A DNA stretch of 64,000 bases from an uncultured Candidatus Binatia bacterium (GCA_965218425.1 OZ244621.1:1056001-1120000); one strand, 5' to 3'; numbered from the stretch's first letter, positions 49,962 through 60,572 are shown. Notes: generated from the letters alone by a model not told the origin. Translations and numbers: made by a program.

Positions 49962-50432
49962 AATGTATGGGCCAACGCGCGAGTCTCAGTTCATGGAACC
50001 GCTTTGAACCGATTGAATGATCGGGGCTTGCTACTTTGTGGGTTTCAGGTCAGATAACCACGCGGGGTTTTAAACCCAGGTCACCCATACACCTCATGCT
50101 CTTGGATTGTCAATTTCAGTACGGAACGCTCGGCATGGAGTAAATTTGCCTGGGGTCATGAATCAAAAGGATGCCTGATCCGGAGACATTAAATTTGACT
50201 ATCGCTTGGGTAAGGCGTATCCTGATAGGTATAAAGCTCAAATACAATTCGTCCATAATCATTGCACCGGTTTCGTTATGCTAATGAGAACATTGCAACG
50301 CGTTCAGGTCTATCCGCTTTATTTCCGATAATTTCAATCTAGACTTGTCCTTTTTAACGGAAGGTTTGCAGGTGCACGACACCCTCGATTGCCTGTAACT
50401 GATGTAAGAATCCCTATCTAGAGACGCCAAAT

Positions 50433-52328
50433 ATGCTTGAAACATGGAAACATATAGAGAAGAAAAAAACCTCCCTTGCGTGCCTCATGGCGGCGGGATT
50501 GATTATGGGAGGCTGCGCCTTAAATGGGCAGAGGGCAACCCAGAGACAGACAGGCGACTACCCTACGGATAACTCCAAGCATGCTGAGACCGCCACATGG
50601 GTTGCCGCTCCGAATGAATCCTTTCTAGACGGCTCTGAGATCATGTGGATGCCGCAGTCTCCAGAGTCCCCTGATCGAACAGACATACAGGAGTCGGACA
50701 CATCCGATCAACCCGAGCCCACACTCGTGTCGGAAATAGAAGATGAACGGTCGCCCATATGGCCGCGGGATGCCGATACGTCCAACGGCGAATCCCTATC
50801 CATTGCCCATTCGACAGTGGAAAACGAACCCGCACTAGAATACGAGTTTGCGGATACGACGGAGGCATTGACTGCTCCCGAGTCACAATTCGTCAGGGCC
50901 CACCGGGGCGAGGAAGACTCGGATCTTTGGGAACGCATCCGCATGGGCTTTGCCCTGCCAAAGCGGCAACATAGACGAATCGATGGTGAGGCCAGATGGT
51001 TTAGCCGCAATCAAGACTATCTCGATCGCGTCGCGGATCAGGCGCGACCCTATCTGCACTACATTGTCAGCCAAGTGGAAAAGCGGGGCCTGCCCACGGA
51101 GATCGTGTTATTGCCAGTGGTGGAAAGCGCCTTTCAGCCTTACGCCTATTCCCCCAGCCACGCCGCGGGCATTTGGCAGTTTATTCCGGCTACGGGACGA
51201 CGCTTCGGCTTGAAACTTAACTGGTGGTACGACGGCAGGCGCGATATCGTGGCCTCCACGAAGGCTGCGCTTGATTATCTGGAGCATTTGCACGAATTCT
51301 TCGATGGCGATTGGCTGCTGGCCTTGGCCGGCTACAACGCGGGAGAAGGCGCCGTACTCAAGGCAACGCGCTACAACCGACGGCGCCGAAGGTCCACCGA
51401 CTTTTTTTCATTGCGTCTATCCCGTGAAACGAAACAATACGTGCCCCGTCTGCTTGCGCTGAGGGACATAGTCGCCGCCCCGGAAAAAATGGGCATCACC
51501 CTGAAACCCATCTTGGACGAACCCTATCTCACCAGCGTCGATATTGATTCACAATTGGACCTAGCCACGGCCGCAAAACTGGCTGATATGGACCTGGAGG
51601 AATTGCATCAACTCAATCCCGGTTTCAACCGCTGGGCCACCGCCCCGGACGGTCCCCATCACCTACTGTTACCCCTGGATAAGGCGGAACGATTTGCCGC
51701 ACGGGCGGCACAATTGCTTCCGGAACTCCGGATCCAATGGGTACGTCATCGGATACGGCGCGGCGAAACACTTGGAGGGCTTGCGCTACGTTATCAAACC
51801 ACTCCAAGGGTATTGCGCCAACTCAACAACCTTAATGGCAATCTTATCCGCACGGGTCATTATCTCGTTATTCCCGTCCCCGCGCGTACCGAGGGAAGCC
51901 AGCGGTATCCTCTCCAAGACATCGCCGCTAATGGCGACCATTCCATCCATACTATAAGGTCGGGAGAAAACCTGTGGCTCCTGGCTCGCCGCTATGGCAC
52001 CACCGTGCGGCAACTATGTCACTGGAATAATATTTCCCCTCGTACCCTCATCCAGCCAGGCCAGCCCATCATCGTGGCCCGAGGCCCCTCAACCAAACAC
52101 CTTCCAGCCACCTTGCTTACGCTCTCGGCGCCCGAAACGGTGGCAAAACCCCGTAAAATTACCTATAGGGTACGTAGAGGCGATTCCTTATACCGCATCT
52201 CACGACGGTTCAGGGTCACCATCGGACAGTTAATGCGATGGAACAATATAAAGGGGGACCGGTATCTCCAACCCGGCCAAAAACTCACCCTATACGTGAC
52301 CCTCACCGCTGACTCGGACAGAGGCTAA
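50433..52328 (+). CDS. mltD: Lytic murein transglycosylase D-like lipoprotein (SLT + 3 LysM)
   Basis: Lipobox-like MGGC, VVESAF, AAGIWQF, YNAGEG, ETKQYVP and three LysM repeats. Confidence 0.9.
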   Translation: MLETWKHIEKKKTSLACLMAAGLIMGGCALNGQRATQRQTGDYPTDNSKHAETATWVAAPNESFLDGSEIMWMPQSPESPDRTDIQESDTSDQPEPTLVSEIEDERSPIWPRDADTSNGESLSIAHSTVENEPALEYEFADTTEALTAPESQFVRAHRGEEDSDLWERIRMGFALPKRQHRRIDGEARWFSRNQDYLDRVADQARPYLHYIVSQVEKRGLPTEIVLLPVVESAFQPYAYSPSHAAGIWQFIPATGRRFGLKLNWWYDGRRDIVASTKAALDYLEHLHEFFDGDWLLALAGYNAGEGAVLKATRYNRRRRRSTDFFSLRLSRETKQYVPRLLALRDIVAAPEKMGITLKPILDEPYLTSVDIDSQLDLATAAKLADMDLEELHQLNPGFNRWATAPDGPHHLLLPLDKAERFAARAAQLLPELRIQWVRHRIRRGETLGGLALRYQTTPRVLRQLNNLNGNLIRTGHYLVIPVPARTEGSQRYPLQDIAANGDHSIHTIRSGENLWLLARRYGTTVRQLCHWNNISPRTLIQPGQPIIVARGPSTKHLPATLLTLSAPETVAKPRKITYRVRRGDSLYRISRRFRVTIGQLMRWNNIKGDRYLQPGQKLTLYVTLTADSDRG

Positions 52329-52462
52329 CCTCGCTGATCTACGGGTCAACTTAACAACTCATACCGGCTGTTATCGTTCAAGTTAAGAGACCGTCCAACA
52401 GATTCAAGGCTTGCTCCTGGACACGAGATTGCAAAGTGACGGATGAAATGGATTCACACAGG

Positions 52463-52497
52463 TTGACATGTGCATCACCTGTAGTCATATTGGTTGC
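52463..52497 (+). promoter_or_regulatory. Sigma70-type promoter, probably leaderless
   Basis: TTGACA-N17-CATATT-N6-ATG with no SD. Confidence 0.55.
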
Positions 52498-52727
52498 ATG
52501 GCTAAGATGATTCATCTCAGGCATGTCCCGGACGAGCTTCATCGGAAGTTGAAAGCGCGTGCCGCAATGGAAGGGCTCTCGCTGTCCGACTACCTACTCC
52601 AAGAGGTCGAGCGGCTTGCAGAGCGTCCGACACTCAACGATTTGCGTCGGCGTCTGGCACATAGAGAGTCTGTTAGCCGCGTATTCCTCCTGCCAAAGCC
52701 GTGCGGGCCGAGCGCGAGCGTCAGTGA
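52498..52727 (+). pseudogene. FitA/Arc-like RHH antitoxin, frameshifted near 52680
   Basis: IHLRHVPDELHRKLKARAAMEGLSLSDYL. The natural end PPAKAVRAERERQ* lies in another frame and overlaps the toxin GTG. Confidence 0.75.
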
Positions 52728-53121
52728 TCGTTGTCGATGCCTCCGCCCTTCTCGAAGTGCTGCTCAACACACCGTCATCGGAGAGAGTGAGCGAACGGTT
52801 GTTCCGTCGCAACGAAACACTGCACGCCCCTCATTTGCTCGATCTCGAGGTTGCCCAGGTCTTGCGGCGTTACACCCCTGCCCGCCAGATGGATGCCGAG
52901 AGGAGCGAGCAAGCGCTTGAGGACCTGACAGATTTACCACTGAACCGTTACCCCCCCACGACGTTTTCCTGCATAGAATCTGGGCGCTCCGGCGCAACCT
53001 GACGGCCTATGATGCAGCATACATCGCTCCTGCGGAAGCGCTCGATGCACCGCTCATTACACGGGACACCGCCCTTGCCAGGTCCCCCGGACACGGTGCG
53101 CACGTCGAACTCATTCGCTAA
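52724..53121 (+). pseudogene. vapC: VapC PIN toxin, frameshifted in a C7 run (52951-52957)
   Basis: MIVVDASA...APHLLDLEV...RYP / HDVFLHRIWALRRNLTAYDAAYIA...LITRD...HVELIR*. Confidence 0.82.
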
Positions 53122-53189
53122 ACGCGCATCGGGAGCTGAGGTCAGTAGAAACTGATGGCAAAAACCAGAATGTTCCCTTATTCAGGCCT

Positions 53190-54167
53190 TCACTGCCCCA
53201 TAACGGTTCCCGGGCCTGGAACCTTGCCATCGTAGAGCTTATCCATAAATCCGCTCTCTTCGATGGACCGGAGCACGTCAAGGTTCCATAGGCTCATTGG
53301 GTTCAGATGGTTGACGATCTCCGGCTCTTCCATAGCCGCCAGGTCGAATGTGTTTTTGATGGCCTCGGCCGTGGGGTAGAGTCGCGGCTCGAGGATGTGG
53401 AAGTTGTGATCGTGAAGATACTTCAAAACTCTTAGGTCTTCGATCCCCAACTCCACCGCTACGTCTTCTTGCATCACTTCCCACATCTCTTCCCGTTTGG
53501 TCTTGATGAAGTGGACTCCCCTGAGCACCGCTTTGGCCACCGCTTCGCACAGATCTCTCCGCTTTTGCAGCGTGGGCCATAGGGTCGTTAAAGTCGTCGC
53601 GAGCACCATGGGGAGCGGCGCGAGGGGGTGGACGTGCAAGCCCTTGCGACGGGCCTCCTCGTCGTCGGGGAGGGATGCAAAGGCCGCAAAGGCCTTTCCT
53701 TCCACGACATCCAGGTACTGCTTGCGACGGTCGCTGGGAACGTATTTGAGCTTGCGGGGATCCACCCCCTCCCGTTTGAGATAAAGGAGGTGGTTACCGG
53801 CGGGGTGCGAGCCGTGATGCGTGTCCGGCGTCGCCTTCGCAATCTCGCTAAAGGTCTGGCCTTCAAGCTCTTTCAAACTCTTGATGGGTTCCTTGGTCAC
53901 CATAACGTCGTCCACCCAATTGACGGTGGAGCCCAGGTACACAAATGGATGGCCATGGTATCTATGGTTGTAGGGGGAGATATGACTGCCGAAAATGAAG
54001 TCACACTCGCCTTTAATCAGCATGGGGTCTGACTGAGCGGCACCCGATACAAACTTCACGCTTTTTAGTTCGATGTCAGCCCGCTCCCAGGCCTTGCAGG
54101 CCTTCATGGCCGCGAGAAGCGGATACTGGATGGGACGGGAACGGTATACTAAATCCAATGGGATCAT
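53190..54167 (-). CDS. NMT1/THI5-like substrate-binding-fold protein with no signal peptide
   Basis: GECDFIFGSH, LKELEGQ, GKAFAAF and SIEESGFMDKLY C-terminus. No hydrophobic leader; SD AAGGAG. Confidence 0.65.
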   Translation of the reverse strand: MIPLDLVYRSRPIQYPLLAAMKACKAWERADIELKSVKFVSGAAQSDPMLIKGECDFIFGSHISPYNHRYHGHPFVYLGSTVNWVDDVMVTKEPIKSLKELEGQTFSEIAKATPDTHHGSHPAGNHLLYLKREGVDPRKLKYVPSDRRKQYLDVVEGKAFAAFASLPDDEEARRKGLHVHPLAPLPMVLATTLTTLWPTLQKRRDLCEAVAKAVLRGVHFIKTKREEMWEVMQEDVAVELGIEDLRVLKYLHDHNFHILEPRLYPTAEAIKNTFDLAAMEEPEIVNHLNPMSLWNLDVLRSIEESGFMDKLYDGKVPGPGTVMGQ

Positions 54168-54222
54168 ATGGTTCTCCTTTTTCAGACACTAGATTTTTAA
54201 TTAATGCCTTGCCGGTCTTTGT

Positions 54223-55005
54223 TCACGACCACCGCGTTTTCGGCTTCGGTATGAGCTCCCCTTCAACATAGAGCGCATCGAGCCGCTCATTGAAAAAGCA
54301 GACCTTTCCCGAAACCGTCGCGCATTCCTTCGTGGGATAGGTGTACGACCACGCGATGTCCGCGACAGCCTTGTCTCCCACGGTGACGGAGTAATACCGC
54401 GCGTCCCCCTTGTAGGGACAACGGGAAACCTTCCCGCTGGGAATTAATAGGTCCATGCGCACGTCGACTTTTGGGAGGTAATACCTAACCGGATGGTTCG
54501 GTTCGAAAAGAATGGCCGGCTCCTCCGATTCGGCAATGGTTCGCCCTGCAATGACCACCTTCACATGGCGTGAACTGTCGAGGACATCAATTCTCTTAAA
54601 AGGGTCACGCGCGTGGCCAAAGACCTCGTCTCTTTCCTCGAACCAGGCATCCATCTTGTTCCACTCGAAGGCTATATACCCCTTGAGGAATGAGGTGTCC
54701 GGTGGCGGTGTTGAAAAGCTCCACGCGGCGTTTTCGGCTGTCCTTCCCTTAACGTCAATGGTCCACCAGGCCGCTTCGCCATTATTGGGAGAGGCCGTCT
54801 TTCGGTCCGTCGGTTTAAGAAGGTCCATCCGAACGTCTTCGACGGGGAAGTAGTACACCGGCGGGCCTCCTTCGCGAAGTAAATGGGCTCGCTTGCTATC
54901 CGCAACGGCTTCCCCCCCTAGAAACGCCCGCACCCACTTCGGGCTTTGTACCCAGCGCGGCGCCGGAGCACTAATGAGCCTTCCCGATTCGTCCACCGCT
55001 GACAT
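54223..55005 (-). CDS. Tandem DUF427 domain protein
   Basis: Two repeats, VYYFPVEDV...NAAW and RYYLPKVDV...CPYKG...IAWSY, with an HARDPFKRID linker. Confidence 0.88.
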   Translation of the reverse strand: MSAVDESGRLISAPAPRWVQSPKWVRAFLGGEAVADSKRAHLLREGGPPVYYFPVEDVRMDLLKPTDRKTASPNNGEAAWWTIDVKGRTAENAAWSFSTPPPDTSFLKGYIAFEWNKMDAWFEERDEVFGHARDPFKRIDVLDSSRHVKVVIAGRTIAESEEPAILFEPNHPVRYYLPKVDVRMDLLIPSGKVSRCPYKGDARYYSVTVGDKAVADIAWSYTYPTKECATVSGKVCFFNERLDALYVEGELIPKPKTRWS

Positions 55006-55086
55006 AGGCAACCTCCTTACAAGGATGATACTGGACTATATATGCCAACTCAGGTGACTCGGCAACCCCGTCGCATCTTCACCCCG

Positions 55087-55144
55087 CCTCTGCGGTGAAA
55101 TGTTCGAATCCTTATTTGCGATGATCCGCGTGAATCTGTGGCTA
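55087..55144. repeat. Family A solo right arm plus CTCTGCGGTGAA related unit
   Basis: ATTTGCGATG ATCCGCGTGA ATCTGTGGCTA (55114-55144). Confidence 0.6.
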
Positions 55145-55150
55145 AGTCTC

Positions 55151-56536
55151 TTAACGCTTCAAGCGAGTCGTCCTCTTCTGTCGCGACCCAAGTACAGCCA
55201 CGACGGATTCCGTCATTATTGCCACGATGCGGTCCAGCTGTGCCCTGGTGGTCACGACGGGAGGCGCCAGCAAGAAGACATCGCCGCGCAGCCGACTGAA
55301 AAGGCCTCGTTCCTGCGCAGCCTCGTGCACTTTCATACCGACCTTTTCGTCCGGCCAATACTCTGCTTTTGTTTCCTTGTCACGTACGAGTTCAACGGCC
55401 ATCATCATCCCGAGGCCCCGAACTTCACCCACATGGGGATGGTCGGAGAGCGATCGTTGCAACTTATCGAGCAGGTAGTCACCCTTCTCCGCCGCCTGTC
55501 CTACTAGGTTTTCCCGTTCAATGATATCGAGATTTCGCAAAGCCACCATGCAACCCACAGGATGCGCACTGTATGTATAGGCGTGCATCCAGACCATCTT
55601 GCCCGTGTCGAGGACCTGCGCGATCTCCTCGCTCACCCCGATACCGCCAAAGGGAAAGTATCCTGAGGTAACCGCCTTGGCGAAAAGCATGATGTCCGGT
55701 TGTACATCCCAGTGTTCCAGGCCAAACATCCTCCCTGTCCGACCGAACCCCGTAATGACTTCGTCCGCCACGAAAAGCACTTCATATCGATTACAGATTT
55801 CCCGGATACGGGTGAAGTAGTCGTCCTGGGGCACAATGACACCGCCAGCCCCCTGCACGGGTTCAGCAAGAAACATCGCTACGGTTTCCGGCCCTTCACG
55901 CAAAATGGCGCGCTCCAACTCGTTGGCGGCGGCAACTCCTTGACTTACCGTGCCGCTCTCAACCGAGGGTGCTTCGTACCGATACGGATACGGGGATGGA
56001 ATGTGAACGAAGCCCGGAACCCGCGGCTCAAACATGGGCCAATAAGTGGAGATTCCAGTGGCGCTCATGGCGGCGAGGGTGACACCGTGATAACCCCACT
56101 GCCGAGATATAACCTTAGTTTTATTTGGCTTACCCTTGAGCTTCCAGTAGTACCGCGCTGTTTTGAAGCTGGACTCGCTCGCCTCACCGCCGCCCGAGGT
56201 AAAAAAGAATCGATTAATTGTAGGATAACTCAACGACGCCAAGCGTTCAGCCAATTCGATGGCGGGTCGATTCGAGCTGCCTGCATACCCCGAGCAGTAC
56301 GGAAGGGTCTCCATTTGCCGTGCCGCTACCTCGGCGAGTTCCCTGCGACCGTGACCCACAAGGACGTTCCAAAGACCCGACAGACCGTCGATGTACTCCT
56401 TGCCGTCCGCATCGGTCAAAGTAGCAGCCGCGCCCTTGACCCAGACATGGCCGCCCTCGTGGAGGGAAGGGTTGTGCAAGGGATGGATCAGATGAGTCCG
56501 ATCACGTGCCAATAGCTCATGATTATCTTTCGCCAT
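55151..56536 (-). CDS. Class III PLP aminotransferase (omega-amino acid/BioA-like)
   Basis: YIDGLSGLW, TSGGGEA, GYHG, EPVQGAGG, DEVITGFGRTG and FAKAVTSGY motifs. Confidence 0.93.
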   Translation of the reverse strand: MAKDNHELLARDRTHLIHPLHNPSLHEGGHVWVKGAAATLTDADGKEYIDGLSGLWNVLVGHGRRELAEVAARQMETLPYCSGYAGSSNRPAIELAERLASLSYPTINRFFFTSGGGEASESSFKTARYYWKLKGKPNKTKVISRQWGYHGVTLAAMSATGISTYWPMFEPRVPGFVHIPSPYPYRYEAPSVESGTVSQGVAAANELERAILREGPETVAMFLAEPVQGAGGVIVPQDDYFTRIREICNRYEVLFVADEVITGFGRTGRMFGLEHWDVQPDIMLFAKAVTSGYFPFGGIGVSEEIAQVLDTGKMVWMHAYTYSAHPVGCMVALRNLDIIERENLVGQAAEKGDYLLDKLQRSLSDHPHVGEVRGLGMMMAVELVRDKETKAEYWPDEKVGMKVHEAAQERGLFSRLRGDVFLLAPPVVTTRAQLDRIVAIMTESVVAVLGSRQKRTTRLKR

Positions 56537-56692
56537 GGTAGGGGTATAATCCTTTGGCGGCTTAGAACAACCGATTGCGACTCTTCGCACAAACAAACCG
56601 AGTTTTCAATCAGCCATCATTTGACTTTTACCATAAATCACGAAAAGACTTGGTATTGGCCGTTTTCGTATAAACGTGGGTCACTTCAAACG

Positions 56693-57351
56693 ATGCGAAC
56701 CTTCATGAAAGAGACCGCACTTTTATCGGTTTTGACCCTCAGTAGTTGCCTCTTATTTCCATTTACGGTGCAGGCGGAACCTCAGCGGTACAAACTCGAC
56801 CCTGATAAAAGCAAGCTTTATGTTCAAGTCTACAGGGACGAATCCACCCTCGCCGCTGGCCTGGCGCATCATCACGTTGTATTGGCAACGGGTTGGCGGG
56901 GTCAAGTCCCAGTGAATCCTCAAAATCTTGGCTCGTGTGTCAGAAAAGTATCCGTCCCGGTCGCCGGGCTCCAGCCGGACTCGCCCGAAATGCGCAAACT
57001 CGTTGGTTACAAGAAGATGCTCTCAGAATCCCGGCAAGAATCAGTTGACAAGCACATGCGAGCCAAGAAACAGCCGGACGCCGAGAATTTTCCCGAGATC
57101 ACCTTTAGCGGCCAGAGCTAGAGCGGCACAAAAAAGATTTGCCAGTAAATGGAAAGTTAACGATTGGGGAAAGGCCAAAGTTGTTACTATCCCGTTGGAG
57201 GTTTTCCAAAGCGGTGATAGCATCCGTGCAAAAGGGAACTTCCGCCCAACATAGTGACTTCGGTTTTTCCCCCTACAGCGCCTTCTTTGGCACCGCAAAA
57301 AACCGCCGGGAAATTCTCTTTGTCATCAATAAGGTGGGAGCCGCCAAGTAA
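56693..57351 (+). pseudogene. YceI-family periplasmic protein pseudogene (TAG at 57119 plus several frameshifts)
   Basis: Signal peptide VQA, YKLDPDKSKL, VPVAGL and DAENFPEITF. The fragments VNGKLTI, IRAKGNF and SDFGFSPYSAFFG continue in alternating frames. Confidence 0.75.
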
Positions 57352-57427
57352 TGGATACTCGCATGACCTGACCCCGACTCTAGAACCCGACTCCCATCAC
57401 AGGAATCTCAGCGGAACCAGGAAGCCA

Positions 57428-58714
57428 TTGTCAACCGACAAATTTACACTTGACCCGTCGTCTCTCTCGTCTTCTCGTTATGGATTCTTCTACGGCTGGG
57501 TGATCGTGGTCGCGGCGGCCGTCAAAGGCGCATTCATGGTGGGTAGCGCCCAGTTCGCGAGCAGCGTGTTCCTGATACCGATGCAAGCGGAGCTTGGGTG
57601 GAGCCGTACGGTGCTTTTCGGTGCGCTGTCGGTACGAGGCATTGTTACCGGGATGCTCCAGCCTTTTGTTGGACCTTTAGGGGACCATCGCTGGTGGCCG
57701 CATGTTGTGCTGCCGATGGGCGCCGTGTTCATGGGCCTCTCCTTTATGGCCCTCCGATGGGTGCACAGCCCAATGGTCTTCTACCTCTGGTATGGCCTGG
57801 TCGGAGCCATGGGCATGACCCTTATCAGCAACGTGATCATGGACGCCGTCATCTTCAAGTGGTTTATCCGTAAGCGTCCGCAAGTGGTGATGTGGGTCAA
57901 TCAAGGGCCGGGCGTTGCGCCGCTGTTGTTTCCGGTCACGCTGACTGTCCTGATCGGTGCGGTAGGCTGGCGCGACGCCTGGCTGTGGTTTGGCCTGGGC
58001 ACCATCGCGATCTTGCTTCCGTTGGCGCTCATGGTCCGCACGCGTCCCGAGGATATGGGGTTAAGGCCCGACGGCGAACCCGCTCAGCCAACACATGGAT
58101 CCGGGGACCCAGAGGACCGGTCTGCAATAGACGAGCACAGCTATACGCGCTCCGAAGCGATTCGCACGCGCGCCTTCTGGACCCTATCGCTGGCGATGGC
58201 CTTTGGGATCTTCGGCATTCCGGGGTTCCAGGCCCATTGGATTCCGTATTTTCTCGACCTCGGCTTCTCAGCGGAAATCGCCGCGACGGTCGTGTTTGTC
58301 TTCGGCATTTTCGGTGTAACGTCGCGGTTCGTGTGGGCGATTCTGAGCGCAAGGTTTGATGTGAGGCGGGTGTTCATAGGGCAGGCCCTCGCCGCGGCCG
58401 CTGCCGCCGCGCTCGCGCTGCAAATCAACAACCTCGCGTCACTCTTCGTCTGGGCCGCTGTAGCCGGCCTCGTGCTGGTGAGTTTCTTTCAATTGCAGGC
58501 GTTGATTGCCGTGAACTATTTCGGCAGAAGGCACATCGGCGCGGTGAGAGGCGCGATGTGGCCCCTGAGCACGGCGTCGTCGGCCGTAGCGCCGTTCGTG
58601 ATCGGTGTGTTGCGTGACGCGCAGGGGTCCTACAATGGTGCGTTTGTGCTGATTACGGTCACCTGGCTTCTGTGCGCTTTCTTCGTGTTCCTATCGCGAC
58701 CGCTGAATGATTAA
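57428..58714 (+). CDS. MFS transporter (OFA/MCT-like)
   Basis: FFYGWVIV, ELGWSR, PEDMGLRPDG and NYFGRRHIG motifs. Start uncertain (TTG 57428). Confidence 0.88.
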   Translation: MSTDKFTLDPSSLSSSRYGFFYGWVIVVAAAVKGAFMVGSAQFASSVFLIPMQAELGWSRTVLFGALSVRGIVTGMLQPFVGPLGDHRWWPHVVLPMGAVFMGLSFMALRWVHSPMVFYLWYGLVGAMGMTLISNVIMDAVIFKWFIRKRPQVVMWVNQGPGVAPLLFPVTLTVLIGAVGWRDAWLWFGLGTIAILLPLALMVRTRPEDMGLRPDGEPAQPTHGSGDPEDRSAIDEHSYTRSEAIRTRAFWTLSLAMAFGIFGIPGFQAHWIPYFLDLGFSAEIAATVVFVFGIFGVTSRFVWAILSARFDVRRVFIGQALAAAAAAALALQINNLASLFVWAAVAGLVLVSFFQLQALIAVNYFGRRHIGAVRGAMWPLSTASSAVAPFVIGVLRDAQGSYNGAFVLITVTWLLCAFFVFLSRPLND

Positions 58715-58762
58715 CCGAGCCTTCAGGCCGACGGAACAATCGCCATGGGAGGTGCCGTATCA

Positions 58763-59245
58763 CTAATAAGCTGTGCCGTCCTTCCGAACAAACCGCCGCT
58801 TACCGTCAGCACCGGTAACCAACTGCATATCGTCGTCTGGATAGTTAACGGTGTCGCCGGTGCTGCGATCGCCTATTTCGAGATAAGTCACATCGCTATC
58901 CGTGCGGTTGATCAATTGGTGGCCGTCATCTGAGCCGGCCTTGAATCCTGCGCACATACCGGGCCGAAGCAAAGTCTCCCCCTGATCGGTGACCAGGGTC
59001 GGCTGTCCCTCTAAGATATAGATAAACTCGTCTTGAGCCGAATGGGCGTGGCGTAGTGCGGAGGCTCCGCCGGGGGCAAGCTTAGTGAGATTGACACCGA
59101 AATGGGTCAGGCCGAACAGGTCGCCGAGGGGACGCTTTTCACGACCCCCCATGCGGGACGCGAATGGCTCCGGGTATATTGAAGGTCTAATCCGGGGCGG
59201 CGCCTGCGGTGCCAAGATTGTGACCGGGTGTTTTGATCGCTCCAT
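58763..59245 (-). CDS. Cupin domain protein
   Basis: GLTHFGVNL, RHAHSAQDEFIYILEG, GHQLIN and YPDDD motifs. Confidence 0.9.
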   Translation of the reverse strand: MERSKHPVTILAPQAPPRIRPSIYPEPFASRMGGREKRPLGDLFGLTHFGVNLTKLAPGGASALRHAHSAQDEFIYILEGQPTLVTDQGETLLRPGMCAGFKAGSDDGHQLINRTDSDVTYLEIGDRSTGDTVNYPDDDMQLVTGADGKRRFVRKDGTAY

Positions 59246-59292
59246 AGTGTTTCCTCCAAGATGATTTGAGTTGAGTCGGCCGAATCGACCCG

Positions 59293-59904
59293 TTATTCCC
59301 CTTTAAAGCCCCCGAACACGCCCCGGCTCTCGTCTTGCCAAAAACGGTTGACGTTCACGTAGCCGGCCTGTCTGAGCCAGGATAACTGCTCTTCGAAGGG
59401 CGGACGGGGTCTGTCAAAGTTGAGGAAACATCCCCCGCCCTTCAATAGCGGGAGTATCTCCTGGTAGATGTTTTGCATGATCTTGGGATCGCGCACGTTG
59501 TGAATGGCGATGGCCGAAACGACAGCCTCGAATGGCCCCTCAAGTCCTTGGCTCCAACCGGACTTACCAAAATCACTCTGGATATATCTAAAACGCCCTT
59601 CGTAAGCAGCCATTCGCTGGCGGCCCATTTTGATCATCTCCTGAGAACCGTCCTGGCAGATGGCTGTAGCATTGGGAAAATATCCCAAAAGAAACTGGGT
59701 CAATGCTCCGTATCCCGCTCCCACGTCCAGGATATTGATGGGTTGCCCTTTTTCGTAGGGAATGGTCTGGGCCATCACGCGGAACGCCTCCTGCCGCAAG
59801 GCCTCTTTCTTGTCCTGGCCTTCTGCCCAATGGGAAACGTATTCCGAGGACTCCCAATCGTGGTCGTCGTGTTTATGCCCCGATGCACGTGTTAAAGTTG
59901 CCAT
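59293..59904 (-). CDS. Class I SAM-dependent methyltransferase
   Basis: LDVGAGYG, VSAIAIHN and LKGGGCFLNFD motifs. Confidence 0.9.
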   Translation of the reverse strand: MATLTRASGHKHDDHDWESSEYVSHWAEGQDKKEALRQEAFRVMAQTIPYEKGQPINILDVGAGYGALTQFLLGYFPNATAICQDGSQEMIKMGRQRMAAYEGRFRYIQSDFGKSGWSQGLEGPFEAVVSAIAIHNVRDPKIMQNIYQEILPLLKGGGCFLNFDRPRPPFEEQLSWLRQAGYVNVNRFWQDESRGVFGGFKGE

Positions 59905-59941
59905 TTTTGATCTCCCCACCGGCCATTCTATGAATATAAAT

Positions 59942-59972
59942 TAACCGCTGATGCACGCAGATTACAGCAGAT
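59942..59972. repeat. Family A solo left arm
   Basis: TAACCGCTGATGCACGCAGATTACAGCAGAT. Confidence 0.7.
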
Positions 59973-60063
59973 CATAATTTGTTCACCAAGAAAGTCTGAT
60001 TCCTCTTGTCTCTTAAGCTGACCCGTAATAAGGCTCTAACCTCAATGGAAACGATAATCGTGA

Positions 60064-60489
60064 CTATCCCGCAGCGACTTTGATTTTAACGGCCGCCGAT
60101 AGCTTCTCACCGTATGACCGATGGAGGCCGTCCGCGAACTGGAGCGTTAGTGTATAGTCACCCGGAGGCAGGTTTAAAATTGTTTCCGTCTGGCCTTTAC
60201 CGAAATGCCTGTGCGTACTGTCAGTCGGAATCACCTGACCCGGAGCCATGAAGCCCTTGTTGATCAAAATATGGTGATGCCCGGTGTCTTCTACCACCTC
60301 ACCGGCTGGTTTGATCGCGATACCCTCTACCCCCATAACCACCTTGACCGGCCCATTGATCACCGCACCATCTTTTGGCTCTGAAAAGAAAACTCTACCG
60401 GTGGGCTTACCATCCTTCCCGCAACCCATGACTCCCAGAATTGTAACGATGCAAATCACAATGAAATTGCTACTATTAAAAATACGCAT
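60064..60489 (-). CDS. DUF4399-like lipoprotein
   Basis: Lipobox VMGC, plus TGHHHILI, HFGKGQTE and LTLQFADGLH. Confidence 0.85.
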   Translation of the reverse strand: MRIFNSSNFIVICIVTILGVMGCGKDGKPTGRVFFSEPKDGAVINGPVKVVMGVEGIAIKPAGEVVEDTGHHHILINKGFMAPGQVIPTDSTHRHFGKGQTETILNLPPGDYTLTLQFADGLHRSYGEKLSAAVKIKVAAG

Positions 60490-60572
60490 GCTCACTCCAA
60501 TCTTCTTTATTTTTTCTTTATCCGAAAACTCTAAAAAGATAGACGACAAACAAGTTCCATATCAAACAACAG

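Noticed and set aside
49962..50432. Long spacer upstream of mltD as a c-di-AMP (ydaO) riboswitch or sRNA
   Set aside because: I could not find the conserved ydaO sequence blocks or a convincing structure by eye. An Rfam scan would be needed.
55700..56515. 271-aa plus-strand ORF and similar long antisense ORFs (e.g. 40518-41222, 47444-48070, 12291-12881)
   Set aside because: They overlap confidently assigned genes on the opposite strand, which is expected in GC-rich coding DNA.
15981..57121. In-frame TAG codons in tnpA and the YceI gene as amber recoding (pyrrolysine or alternative code)
   Set aside because: TAG terminates many intact genes here, YceI also has frameshifts, and no pyl genes are present.
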